Source: Macrostomum lignano
Lineage: Eukaryota
Direction: 5' to 3'
DNA: 64,000 nucleotides
Assembly: GCA_002269645.1 (NCBI GenBank)
Contig: NIVC01000702.1
Coordinates: 310,001 to 374,000 of the forward strand
The notes beneath the pieces were generated by a model. The model was given only the letters and a program-made list of their open reading frames with translations. It made no database searches and had not been told where the DNA came from. Shown in pieces: positions 13,201 to 27,280 of this stretch. The translations under genes and the position numbers were made by a program. Position 1 is the stretch's first letter. Each line of letters begins with the position of its first letter.

Positions 13201-13423
13201 AGTGAAATCCTCCTCTAGCGGCACTCCATCCGGTAGCCAGAAAAGTCCATCTCGATCTGCTTCCGGCATCCCTAGATCTAGCAGCGTCCGCGCCGCAGCA
13301 ACTGCGCAATCGAATATTCGACCGCCATCTTCGTTGGGAATTTATAAAAACGGAATCGCGCTGCGTCAGTCTACTATGAGTAGGCGTCAGGAGCAGAAGA
13401 GATGCTCAGCGCCGCCAAACTGA
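10240..13423 (+). CDS. APC: Adenomatous polyposis coli (APC)-like armadillo-repeat protein, 2 exons, about 806 aa
   Basis: Exon 10240-12439 (donor G|GTGAGT) and exon 13203-13423 (acceptor tcag|TG) join in phase 1. ARM segments match recalled APC ARM motifs in order: ALANLTCGD, ALLRNLGWQ, LAALWNLT, VESSGGVLRNL, ANAC and ALSNLLA. Confidence 0.8.
11690..12150 (+). repeat. Coding minisatellite, 15-bp unit caccagacgcagcag (HQ[T/P]QQ, about 30 copies)
   Basis: In-frame tandem array inside APC-like exon 1. Confidence 0.95.
12485..13130. repeat. Minisatellite, about 15-bp unit cccacatttcccatc (APC-like intron)
   Basis: Tandem array between donor 12440 and acceptor 13202; accounts for the spurious tail of the 984-aa ORF. 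Confidence 0.95.
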
Positions 13424-13626
13424 CCTGATTTTGTGATTTCTTAGAAAAATTAATTTGAATTATGGAAGAACTACTTGTTATTGATTTAATAAATAGTCAA
13501 AAGTTCTTTACTTATTGAAATTATATTAATAAATATTAAATATCAAAAGATAATATAAAATAGCTTGAGTGGCCGATATGTTGTGTAAATAACTTTCTAA
13601 GGCTACTTTTTCAACACGATACCAGT

Positions 13627-15220
13627 TCAGCGATAATACCACGGCACTACAAAGGCTAGGCTTGCAGAGACTGCCACTGCAATTATCACAGTTTGAGAAG
13701 CAACCAAGAGTGCATTGCTGCTTTTAGTAGTGCCCAGAATAATTGTAGTGTTATCACCCGTGCCGTAGTAATATTGAATACGCAACATATCGGATTTGGT
13801 CAGCAGCACCGGATAGGGAATGATTGCCGATGACTTTGTTGTGATTGTGGCCGACCGGCTGTTGCAGGAGAAGGCCATGGAGTCGTAGTGCATGATGGAG
13901 CTGGTGTCGTAGGCTGGGTAGCCCCGAGCCGGGGGTGACCAGAATATGCCGAAGTTGCTGCACTTCTGCAAAATTGGCGAGTGCTGTCTTACACTTTCAG
14001 CGAAATTCTCCCAGTTGCAAATTTCAGTTCAAGTGAATCCTAACTTAGGAACCCGGAGGCGGATTCGAACCCGGGACTTCAGCTTGACCGCTGGTCTATT
14101 AATTGTGATGCGAATAATCAGATACTAGACTCATGATGCCCCCTGCTGTGTCAGAATTCTCATAAATGTGTCAGTAGTGTCAAAATTGTGTTAGGAGTGT
14201 CAATAGTTGTGTCGTCAGTGTCAATAATTGTCAGGAGTGTCAATATTTGTGTCAGGTGTCAAAATTGTGTCAGGAGTATCAGTTATTGTCAGGAGTGTCA
14301 GTAAATGTCAGTAGTGTCAATAATTGTGTCAATTATGTCAATAATTGTGTCAGTAGTGTCAATAATTGTGTCAGGAGTGTCAATAATTGTGTCAGTAGTG
14401 TCAATAATTGTGTCAATTATGTCAATAATTGTGTCAGTCATGTCAATAACTGTGTCAGTTATGTCAATAACTGTGTCAGTTATGTCAATAACTGTGTCAG
14501 TTATGTCAATAATTGTGTCAGTAGTGTCAATAATTGTGTCAATTATGTCAATAATTGTGTCAGTCATGTCAATAATTGTGTCAGTCATGTCAATAATTGT
14601 GTCAGTTATGTCAATAAATGCTTTAGGAGCGTCAATAATTGTGTCAGGTGTGTCACCCGGCAGGGAGCAGAGCACACGCAGGTTAATCTCACCCCAGAGT
14701 CGATGTTACTCCACCAGATAACGACACTGTGATCCCTGTCAGCTCGGCTCTGCTCATGCCAGAAGCCCAGCGCATGCATGAACTCATGCTGGATGATGTA
14801 CTTCTGCAGGCAGACGCCTCTCTGAAGACTCAACCATTGAGGCCCGGTCTGTCTGCCAACAAAGGAACTGCAGCCGGAGCCGCTGTACACTTCAATATAG
14901 TCGGCAGCCTCTCCCGGCGACACCCGCTTGAACTGGACGGCACTTCCCACGTACAGTTGAAGCTCTTGCAGGCTCGATTCGATGTAATCGGCCTCGGATG
15001 CTGTGTAATCTGCTGACAGACTGTAGTAGACTGTACCATTCGGCCAGTAGATTGATGCGGCAGAGGCTGCTGCTGCTTGGCCATTCAACATCTGCGATTG
15101 GTGAGTCTGGGAGATCATGATGTCGCCTTCAATTATTTTTATGTTGTCTTCGGCTTGGCGGCTCGTGGCCATAGTCGGATCTGTTGCGGTCGTTGCTATG
15201 GCGCTGGCTTGGGCCTGCAT
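13627..15220 (-). CDS. Astacin-family (M12A) zinc metalloprotease with hydrophobic C-terminal tail
   Basis: Exons 15220-14693 and 13965-13627 join in phase 0 (SNIDSG|KCSNF). Zinc motif HEFMHALGFWHE, Met-turn SIMHY, propeptide motif EGDI and CSSFVG. An upstream signal-peptide exon (near 16205-16250) is possible but its phase is unresolved. Confidence 0.9.
14165..14645. repeat. Minisatellite, 21-bp unit gtcaataattgtgtcagtagt (astacin intron)
   Basis: Tandem array inside the intron between the HExxH exon and the Met-turn exon. Confidence 0.93.
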
Positions 15221-15319
15221 CTGCAGTTTAAATGACATTAGTTTACTAAATACTAAGGTCAGCAGTTTTGAAGTTTTCAAAAATTAGTGAAATGATCTAA
15301 CAGTATATTTTTTAACGGA

Positions 15320-16105
15320 TGTGTCAGTAGTGTCAATAAATGTGTCAGGAGGGTCAATAATTGTGCCAGTAGTATCAATATGTGTGTCAGTAGTGTCAAA
15401 AAATGTGTCAGTTGTATTAATAAATGTGTCAGTTGTATTAATAAATGTGTCAGTTGTATTAATAAATGTGTCAGTTGCGTTAATAAATGTGTCAGTTGTA
15501 TTAATAAATGTGTCAGTTGCGTTAATAAATCTGTCAGTTGTATTAATAAATGTGTCAGTAGCGTTAATGAATGTGTCAGTTGTATCAATAAATGTGTCAG
15601 TTGTATTAATAAATGTGTCAGTTGTATTAATAAATGTGTCAGTTGTATTAATAAATGTGTCAGTTATATTAATAAATGTGTCAGTTGTATTAATAAATGT
15701 GTCAGTAGCGTTAATGAATGTGTCAGTTGTATTAATAAATGTGTCAGTTGTATTAATAAATGTGTCAGTTGTATTAATAAATGTGTCAGTTATATTAATA
15801 AATGTGTCAGTTGTATTAATAAATGTGTCAGTTGTATTAATAAATGTGTCAGTTGTATTAATAAATGAGTCAGTTGTATTAATAAATGTGTCAGTAGCGT
15901 TAATGAATGTGTCAGTTGTATTAATAAATGTGTCAGTTGTATTAATAAATGTGTCAGTTGTATTAATAAATGTGTCAGTAGCGTTAATGAATGTGTCAGT
16001 TGTATTAATAAATGTGTCAGTTGTATTAATAAATGTGTCAGTAGTATTAATAAATGTGTCAGTAGTATAAATAAATGTGTCAGTAGCGTTAATAAATGTG
16101 TCAGG
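15320..16105. repeat. Minisatellite, 21-bp unit aataaatgtgtcagttgtatt
   Basis: Tandem array directly 5' of the astacin main exon. Confidence 0.95.
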
Positions 16106-16504
16106 ACTGTCGATGAAAGTGTTAGAAGCGTGTCAAACAGTATCTGATTATAAAACTCTGTCAGATGAGACTGAATACCCTGCCAGCAATGTCAGAGACT
16201 TACTGTGTCAGACGCAGCAGAGGTGCAACCACAAGTAGCGGTGCAAACATTCTTATTCTGCCCAAAAATCAATGATAAACTAATTTGCAGGCTAATTATC
16301 GATTTAAATTGTTTCATTTCTCAAATTTTATGTACTATTTCGATTCTAAACTACAATATGAACACACACACACATCCATATACGAGTACTAAGTTCAACT
16401 CTTTAGTCGAAAATATTTCAGGGCGTGTGAAAAACTTTCTGAACTTTCTCACGGCTTTTGACGTCAATTCTCGTAAATGAAAATTAGTTCTTTTTTCATT
16501 CAAA

Positions 16505-16880
16505 ATGTCAGGATGGCGCCAAATCGAGTTGTCAGGATGGCGCCAAATCGAGTTGTCAGGATGGCGCCAAATCGAGTTGTCAGGATGGCGCCAAATCGAG
16601 TTGTCAGGATGGCGCGAAATCGAGTTGCCAGGATGGCGCTAAATCAAGTTGTCAGGATGGCGCCAAATCGAGTTGTCAGGATGGCGCCAAATCGAGTGGC
16701 CAAGATAGCGCCAAATTGAGTCTCAGGATGGCGTCAAATCGAGTTGTCAGGATGGCGCCAAATCGAGTGGCCAAGATAGCGCCAAATTGAGTCTCAGGAT
16801 GGCGTCAAATCGAGTTGTCAGGATGGCGCCAAATTGAGTCTCAGGATGGCGCCAAGTCAAGTTATCAGGATGGCGCCAAA
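16505..16880. repeat. Minisatellite, 24-bp unit aatcgagttgtcaggatggcgcca
   Basis: Tandem array; source of the MAPNRVVR ORF. Confidence 0.92.
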
Positions 16881-18780
16881 TCAGGTGTAAATAGGCGCTA
16901 AATCAGGTGTAATATAGGTGTCAAATCAGGTGTAATATACCAGTAGGTGTCAAATCAGGTGTAATATAGGTGTCAAATCAGGTGTAATATACGCACCAAA
17001 TCAGGTGTAATATAGGCGCCAAATCAGGTGTAATATACGCACCAAATCAGGTGTAATATACGCACCAAATCAGGTGTAATATACGCACCAAATCAGGTGT
17101 AAATAGGCGCTAAATCAGGTGTAATATAGGTGTCAAATCAGGTGTAATATACCAGTAGGTGTCAAATCAGGTGTAATATAGGTGTCAAATCAGGTGTAAT
17201 ATACGCACCAAATCAGGTGTAATATAGGCGCCAAATCAGGTGTAATATACGCACCAAATCAGGTGTAATATACGCACCAAATCAGGTGTAATATACGCAC
17301 CAAATCAGGTGTAATATAGGTGTCAAATCAGGTGTAAATAGGCGCTAAATCAGGCGTAATATAGGCGCTAAATCAGGTGTAATATAGGTGTCAAATCAGG
17401 TGTAATATACGCACCAAATCAGGTGTAATATACGCACCAAATCAGGTGTAATATACGCACCAAATCAGGTGTAATATAGGTGTCAAATCAGGTGTAAATA
17501 GGCGCTAAATCAGGCGTAATATAGGCGCTAAATCAGGCGTAATATAGGCGCTAAATCAGGTGTAATATAGGCGCTAAATCAGGCGTAATATAGGCGCCAA
17601 ATCAGGCGTAATATAGGCGCTAAATCAGGTGTAATATAGGCGCCAAATCAGGTGTAATATAGGCGCCGAATCAGGTGTAATATAGGCGCCAAATCAGGTG
17701 TAATATAGGCGCCAAATCAGGTGTAATATAGGCGCCAAATCAGGTGTAATATAGGCGCCAAATCAGGTGTAATATAGGTGTCAAATCAGGTGTAATATAG
17801 GTGTCAAATCAGGTGTAATATAAGCGCCAAATCAGGTGTAATACAGGCGCCAAATCAGGTGTAATGTAAGCGCCAAATCAGGTGTAATCTAGGCGCCAAA
17901 TCAGGTGTAATATAGGCGCCAAATCAGGTGTAATATAGGCGCCAATCAGGTGTAATCTAGGCGCCAAATTTGGTGTAATACTGGCGCCAAATCAGGTGTA
18001 ATATAGGCGCTAAATCAGGTGTAATATAGGCGCCGAATCAGGTGTAATATAGGCGCCAAATCAGGTGTAATATAGGCGCCAAATCAGTTGTAATATAGGT
18101 GTCAAATCAAGTGTAATATAGGCGCCAAATCAGGTGTAATATAGGCGCCAAATCAGGTGTAATACAGGCGCCAAATCAGGTGTAATGTAAGCGCCAAATC
18201 AGGTGTAATATAGGCGCCAAATCAGTTGTAATATAGGTGTCAAATCAAGTGTAATATAGGCGCCAAATCAGGTGTAATCTAGGCGCCAAATCAGGTGTAA
18301 TATAGGCGCCAAATCAGGTGTAATATAGGCGCCAAATCAGGTGTAATATAGGCGCCAAATCAGGTGTAATACAGGCGCCAAATCAGGTGTAATGTAAGCG
18401 CCAAATCAGGTGTAATAAAGGCGCCAAATCAGGTGTAATCTAGGCGCCAAATCAGGTGTAATATAGGCGCCAAATCAGGTGTAATATAGGCGCCAAATCA
18501 GGTGTAATGTAAGCGCCAAATCAGGTGTAATGTAAGCGCCAAATCAGGTGTAATACAGGCGCCAAATCAGGTGTAATGTAAGCGCCAAATCAGGTGTAAT
18601 GTAAGCGCCAAATCAGGTGTAATATAGGCGCCAAATCAGGTGTAATGTAAGCGCCAAATCAGGTGTAATGTAAGCGCCAAATCAGGTGTAATACAGGCGC
18701 CAAATCAGGTGTAATGTAAGCGCCAAATCAGGTGTAATGTAAGCGCCAAATCAGGTGTAATATAGGCGTCAAATCAGGTA
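16880..18780. repeat. Minisatellite, 23-bp unit aatcaggtgtaatataggcgcca
   Basis: About 1.9-kb tandem array with higher-order blocks. Confidence 0.95.
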
Positions 18781-19434
18781 AAATGTCACCTACAAAAGGC
18801 TCCGCGAGCCCATGGACACCGAGCCCATGGATACAGTAGTATAATAATTTTCTAAATTTACTCATGTAAGCCTAAATACGATGTTTTTTACATCTATTCA
18901 AAGCTCTCAGGCTAACAACAACTAACCGGAAACTTCTCCAGCTCATGAGCAACTGCCAACTTGAATCTAGCGTGTGAGTCAGTGCATTATTAGCTAGTTT
19001 CACAATAACAATATAGTTATGAAAACTTCAGCATCATCATTTTCCGATTAATAGAGCAAAGCCGGAAGGTCAGCAGGGACTTCTAAAATTAGCAGTCATC
19101 TGGACTGGAAGCAATTAATTAATTAAGACTGCCGTTTATGTTAATCCAGATCAGAGCCCTCCCCAGAAGTCCTTGGCCGAGATTTTTAGCTGCCATTGTT
19201 GTATTATAGTCATGAGGCTCAAGGGCTCTTTCTTAGAGTGAATGAATAACAACAGATCCTACACGTGTATGCTAAAATTGACTTTGTTATAAAATGGCTT
19301 CAAAATATTGATTTTTTCAGTTTGAACCAGCGTCACTCTTTCCGATTGACCTTTTTTATTCTCGGCCTCTCCAACACAGCTGTCAACAGACAGGGATTTG
19401 TGAATGTAAATATTTGTTACACGAACTTCTAAGA

Positions 19435-21075
19435 TCAACATAGACACAGAGTGACTAGATCAGCATAGACACAGAGTGACTAGATCAGCATAAAAAGACA
19501 GAGTGACTAGATCAGCATAGACACAGAGTGACTAGATCAGCATAGACACAGAGTGACTAGATCAGCATAAAAAGACAGAGTGACTAGATCAGCACAGACA
19601 CAGAGTGACTAGATCAGTATAAAAAGACAGAGTGACTAGATCAGCATAGACACAGAGTGACTAGATCAGCATAGACACAGAGTGACTAGATCAGCACAGA
19701 CACAGAGTGACTAGATCAGCATAGACACAGAGTGACTAGATCAGCATAAAAAGACAGAGTGACTAGATCAGCATAGACACAGAGTGACTAGATCAGCATA
19801 GACACAGAGTGACTAGATCAGCACAGACACAGAGTGACTAGATCAGCATAGACACAGAGTGACTAGATCAGCACAGACACAGAGTGACTAGATCAGCATA
19901 GACACAGAGTGACTAGATCAGCACAGACACAGAGTGACTAGATCAGCATAGACACAGAGTGACTAGATCAGCATAGACACAGAGTGACTAGATCAGCATA
20001 GACACAGAGTGACTAGATCAGCATAAAAAGACAGAGTGACTAGATCAGCACAGACACAGAGTGACTAGATCAGTATAAAAAGACAGAGTGACTAGATCAG
20101 CATAGACACAGAGTGACTAGATCAGCATAGACACAGAGTGACTAGATCAGCACAGACACAGAGTGACTAGATCAGCATAGACACAGAGTGACTAGATCAG
20201 CATAGACACAGAGTGACTAGATCAGTATAAAAAGACAGAGTGACTAGATCAGCACAGACACAGAGTGACTAGATCAGTATAAAAAGACAGAGTGACTAGA
20301 TCAGCATAGACACAGAGTGACTAGATCAGCATAGACACAGAGTGACTAGATCAGCATAGACACAGAGTGACTAGATCAGCATAGACACAGAGTGACTAGA
20401 TCAGCATAGACACAGAGTGACTAGATCAGCATAGACACAGAGTGACTAGATCAGCATAGACACAGAGTGACTAGATCAGTATAAAAAGACAGAGTGACTA
20501 GATCAGCATAGACACAGAGTGACTAGATCAGCATAAAAAGACAGAGTGACTAGATCAGCACAGACACAGAGTGACTAGATCAGTATAAAAAGACAGAGTG
20601 ACTAGATCAGCATAGACACAGAGTGACTAGATCAGCATAGACACAGAGTGACTAGATCAGCACAGACACAGAGTGACTAGATCAGCATAGACACAGAGTG
20701 ACTAGATCAGCATAGACACAGAGTGACTAGATCAGTATAAAAAGACAGAGTGACTAGATCAGCACAGACACAGAGTGACTAGATCAGTATAAAAAGACAG
20801 AGTGACTAGATCAGCATAGACACAGAGTGACTAGATCAGCATAGACACAGAGTGACTAGATCAGCATAGACACAGAGTGACTAGATCAGCATAGACACAG
20901 AGTGACTAGATCAGCATAGACACAGAGTGACTAGATCAGCATAGACACAGAGTGACTAGATCAGCATAGACACAGAGTGACTAGATCAGCATAGACACAG
21001 AGTGACTAGATCAGCATAGACACAGAGTGACTAGATCAGCATAGACACAGAGTGACTAGATTAGCACAGACACAG
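19435..21075. repeat. Minisatellite, 25-bp unit gacacagagtgactagatcagcata (27-bp aaaagacag variant)
   Basis: Tandem array starting about 25 bp 3' of the calmodulin-like stop codon. Confidence 0.95.
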
Positions 21076-21099
21076 ACAGATGCACATTAAAGAGTCTCG

Positions 21100-22408
21100 T
21101 CACTCGCACTGGGTACAGTCGAACACCTTCATACTGGCAGCCAGGATGCTAAACTCTTCAAAGCTGATGACGCCATCGCGGTTGCTGTCGGCAGCCAGCA
21201 TCATCTCCTCTAGCTCAGCCTCCGACATGCCCTCCTGCAGGATGTCATTCATGACAAAGCGCAACTCTGTGCGGGAGATCACGCCGTCCTGGTTCTGGTC
21301 GAGCAGCTCGAAGATTCGCTGCCTCTCGGAGTGTGGCTGGTGACCGCCTTTGGCTGCGAAGGCGGACATCATGGCGGAGAACTCCTGCGATGTGGAGTCG
21401 GGTGGATGTGCAGACTGAGGATGCGGAATGCTGCATGCTGTGCTTCTTTCTTGTCGAGAAGTTAAGACTACCTCACAAAAATCCTATATTGTCCAAGAAG
21501 CAGCCTCATGTCTAAGGGACATTATTAAACGCTCAAACAACCTCTAAGGTCTAAGACAACTCATAACTTCATCATAACGACAGTCGATCGTCAATTCAGC
21601 AACCCCACATTAAAGATGAAAATCCGTTGTCGCAAACTCAAAACCACCACTAAAACTGTTTTTCATCGACACAAACAATTGTGCACAGACAAAAAATTGC
21701 CTAAAGACTCAAAACGTTTTCAAAGACACAAACCATTGTCTAAAGACGTCTGTAGTCTGTGACAGACCATTCTCTAAAGACACAGGCCACTGTCTAATGA
21801 CACAAACCATTGTACAAAGACACAAACCATTGTCTAAAGAAACAGACACAACATCACGGTCAAGAAACGACAACCTAGACAAACTCAACAAGAACACAAC
21901 ACCACATTCAAAAAGACAACCCAGACAAAGTCAAAAAGAACACAACACCACATTCAAGAAACCACAACCCAGACAAAGTCAACAAGAACACAACACCACA
22001 TTCAAAAAGACAACCCAGACAAACTCAACAAGAACACAACACCACATTCAAGAAACCACAACAAGAACAAAGTCAACACGAACACCCAAGCAAGCAACTC
22101 AAATCGCACCTGGAAATCCAAGGTACCATTGGAATTCTTGTCGAACTCGTGAATCAGCGCTTCAGCCTCCGGCCGGGTGACTGTTTGTCCCGCCGCTCGC
22201 ATCAGTCCGACGAGCTCCTTCACGTCGATGGCGCCGCTGCCGTTGGTGTCGAAGCGAGCGAAGACTTCGCGAAGCAGATCGAGGTTCTCGCAGTCGCACA
22301 TGGCGAGCCTTTGAGCAAGTCGGACTTCTGGTCTGAGCTGGATGGATGCTCGGAGATCCGGGGGGATCTTAAGTAGGGCTTGCAGACGCTCTGAGATTGG
22401 CTTACCAT
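21100..22408 (-). CDS. Calmodulin-like protein with four EF-hands
   Basis: Exons: probable ATG-only coding exon 22408-22406 (ATG|GTAAGC), then 22337-22110 and 21384-21100 (GTLDFQ|EFSAMM). EF loops DTNGSGAIDVKE, DKNSNGTLDFQE, DQNQDGVISRTE and DSNRDGVISFEE. Confidence 0.88.
21875..22075. repeat. Short tandem array, about 46-bp A/C-rich unit (calmodulin-like intron)
   Basis: About 4 copies of agacaaactcaacaagaacacaacaccacattcaaaaagacaaccc. Confidence 0.75.
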
Positions 22409-22509
22409 TGTGATGGGATTCTGCTTTTGTAGTGAGCCGTGAAGTAAAGGAGAGGCAGAAGAGGCTGAGAGGCAACGCCCTTCGATCTAGTTTCTAAAAA
22501 TTCCCCAGT

Positions 22510-24642
22510 AGGATACTTGATGTGTGTGGGACATTTGATATAGGGGATATTTGATGTGTGTGGGACATTTGATATAGGGGATATTTGATGTGTGTGGGAC
22601 ATTTGATATAGGGGATATTTGATGTGTGTGGGACATTTGATATGGGGGATCTTTGATGTGTGTGGGACATTTGATCTGGGGGATACTTGATGTGTGTGGG
22701 ACATTTGATATAGGGGATCTTTGATGTGTGTGGGACATTTGATATGGGGGATCTTTGATATGTGTGGGACATTTGATCTGGGGGATACTTGATGTGTGTG
22801 GGACATTTGATATAGGGGATATTTGATGTGTGTGGGACATTTGATATGGGGGATCTTTGATGTGTGTGGGACATTTGATCTGGGAGTACTTGATGTGTGT
22901 GGGACATTTGATATAGGGGATATTTGATGTGTGTGGGACACTTGATATGGGGGATCTTTGATATGTGTGGGACATTTGATCTGGGGGATACTTGATGTGT
23001 GTGGGACATTTGATATAGGGGATCTTTGATGTGTGTGGGACATTTGATATGGGGGATCTTTGATGTGTGTGGGACATTTGATCTGGGGGATACTTGATGT
23101 GTGTGGGACATTTGATATAGGGGATATTTGATGTGTGTGGGACATTTGATATGGGGGATCTTTGATATGTGTGCGACATTTGATCTGGAGGATACTTGAT
23201 GTGTGTGGGACATTTGATATAGGGGATATTTGATGTGTGTGGGACATTTGATATAGGGGATCTTTGATGTGTGTGGGACATTTGATATGGGGATACTTGA
23301 TGTGTGTGGGACATTCGTTCTGGAGGATACTTGATGTGTGTGGGACATTTGATATAGGGGATCTTTGATGTGTGTGGGACATTTGATATGGGGGATCTTT
23401 GATGTGTGTGGGACATTTGATCTGGGGGATACTTGATGTGTGTGGGACATTTGATATAGGGGATCTTTGATGTGTGTGGGACATTTGATATGGGGGATCT
23501 TTGATGTGTGTGGGACATTTGATCTGGGGGATACTTGATGTGTGTGGGACATTTGATATAGGGGATATTTGATATGTGTGGGACATTTGATATAGGGGAT
23601 ATTTGGTGTGTGTGGGACATTTGATATAGGGGATCTTTGATGTGTGTGGGACATTTGATATGGGGATACTTGATGTGTGTGGGACATTTGATCTGGGGGA
23701 TACTTGATGTGTGTGGGACATTTGATATGGGGGATACTTGATGTGTGTGGGACATTTGATATAGGGGATACTTGATGTGTGTGGGACATTTGATATGGGG
23801 GATACTTGATGTGTGTGGGACATTTGATATGGGGGATATTTGATGTGTGTGGGACATTTGATATGGGGGATCTTTGATATGTGTGCGACATTTGATCTGG
23901 AGGATACTTGATGTGTGTGGGACATTTGATATAGGGGATATTTGATGTGTGTGGGACATTTGATATAGGGGATCTTTGATGTGTGTGGGACATTTGATAT
24001 GGGGATACTTGATGTGTGTGGGACATTCGTTCTGGAGGATACTTGATGTGTGTGGGACATTTGATATAGGGGATCTTTGATGTGTGTGGGACATTTGATA
24101 TGGGGGATCTTTGATGTGTGTGGGACATTTGATCTGGGGGATACTTGATGTGTGTGGGACATTTGATATAGGGGATCTTTGATGTGTGTGGGACATTTGA
24201 TATGGGGGATCTTTGATGTGTGTGGGACATTTGATCTGGGGATACTTGATGTGTGTGGGACATTTGATATAGGGGATATTTGATGTGTGTGGGACATTTG
24301 ATATGGGGGATCTTTGATATGTGTGCGACATTTGATCTGGGGGATACTTAATGTGTGTGGGACATTTGATATAGGGGATATTTGGTGTGTGTGGGACATT
24401 TGATATAGGGGATCTTTGATGTGTGTGGGACATTTGATATGGGGATACTTGATGTGTGTGGGACATTTGATCTGGGGGATACTTGATGTGTGTGGGACAT
24501 TTGATATGGGGGATACTTGATGTGTGTGGGACATTTGATATAGGGGATACTTGATGTGTGTGGGACATTTGATATGGGGGATACTTGATGTGTGTGGGAC
24601 ATTTGATCTGGGGGATCTTTGATGTGTGTGGGACATTTGATC
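22510..24642. repeat. Minisatellite, 33-34-bp unit gatacttgatgtgtgtgggacatttgatatgggg
   Basis: About 2.1-kb array; explains the 740/744/589-aa ORFs. Confidence 0.95.
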
Positions 24643-24921
24643 GGGCGGATATTCGATCTAAAATATTTATGGATGTACAACTTCTTTTCCGTAGAAATTC
24701 ATGAAGCATATTCCAGCCATTGCTTTTCTAAAATGAAAGTTTTCTGTAACTTCAGGCTACACGACTATTTTGACTGAATTCCATGATAATCGTTAACTTT
24801 GCTTAGTTATATGGTGAACTATAATTTCCGACTATTTGAGCCTGACATAGTTATTATTTACGGTCATGTACGCCCTATATTTTTATAATTTTAGGTACCC
24901 AACTTCTTTCCTAATCTTCGA

Positions 24922-25170
24922 GTTCATAAAACCAAAGACTTGAGCTGTGCCATGCATTTTTATGATTTCAAGGTACAGGAAATGTACGTAGAATAAAAAA
25001 TTAACATATAATCCTAATTTTTTGAAGGAAAAGCTTTATGAATATCAAAGGAGCTATAAGAAAGGCACAACATATCAAAATATGAACATTGGGTCTGCCT
25101 CCCATCGAAAGCAATAACATTTTTGTGTTGAAAAATGAAAACTTCCTATCTCCGTAGCTAGTGTATTTTT
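24922..25170. mobile_element. Foldback MITE-like element (copy 2, right half)
   Basis: Matches the right arm of the family (gtacaggaaatgtacgtagaataaaaaatt...aatgaaaacttcctatctccgtag). Confidence 0.65.
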
Positions 25171-25910
25171 GGAAAATCCTGTCTACTAAAACTTTCCAAG
25201 ATTTTTGTTATTATTTCAGTTTTTAATCATACATTAAAACTTTATTCTGTAATAAAATTTAAAAATTGAATCATATTTCTGACTTTTTTAAGTTAAGGAC
25301 AGTACAGGATTTTTCTGTATTAACTAGGAGCAATCCATATAATAAGTACTCAGGTGCTCAGTGCTCAAACCACGTATCACAAGTTCTATTTTCAGCAAGT
25401 TTTAAATTTGCACAGGTACCAGAATTCAATACAAACTTCGAACTAGATTTATAGAGATTGAACAAGCGCTTTAAATAGTTTATCACGTGATAATGATAAT
25501 TTTCTGCAAGTACTGCAAGGTATAGCTACATGTTTCTGTGTGCATTCAAAGGTCGATCAAGTTAGTTTACGATCAAGCTCTTTTACATGTATATCTGAAT
25601 AGAATTCTGTTTTAGCTGTGACGCAGAGATAGAAAATTATAAGTACACCCAGAGTTGTAAAGACTATACAACTATGGACTAGGAAACTAATTCTAGTACA
25701 GTACCATTATTCCAGCATTGGAACTACAAAAAAGCATTTACAATCTTAGCTTAGCTACTGACGTTCCAATTGAAGCTAATTATAAAAACTTTTATCAAGA
25801 GAACCTCATATAATTTCAAATTAACAAATCCTGCATTTAAATACTGTATTTAGGTGATCGTTTATGTCCATGAAAATTCTCTAAGATAGCCTTATGCTTT
25901 ACCAAAGACG

Positions 25911-27280
<1,370 letters not shown>

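Noticed and set aside
14048-14095. tRNA-like B-box (GGTTCGAATCC on the minus strand)
   Set aside because: The T-stem pairs only about 2 bp and no acceptor, D or anticodon arms can be folded. At most it is a SINE or tRNA relic.
16200-16250. Signal-peptide-like exon MFAPLLVVAPLLRLT for the astacin
   Set aside because: It has a good GTAAGT donor, but its phase (2) does not match the strongest acceptor at 15221 (phase 0). Kept out of the gene model pending cDNA.
16505-21075. Possible CRISPR-like arrays (23-36-bp repeats)
   Set aside because: Units are head-to-tail with no unique spacers, there are no cas genes, and the context is eukaryotic.
22402-24709. Very long ORFs (589-744 aa) on the minus strand
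   Set aside because: They are translations of a 33-34-bp minisatellite lacking stops in several frames; there is no domain content.
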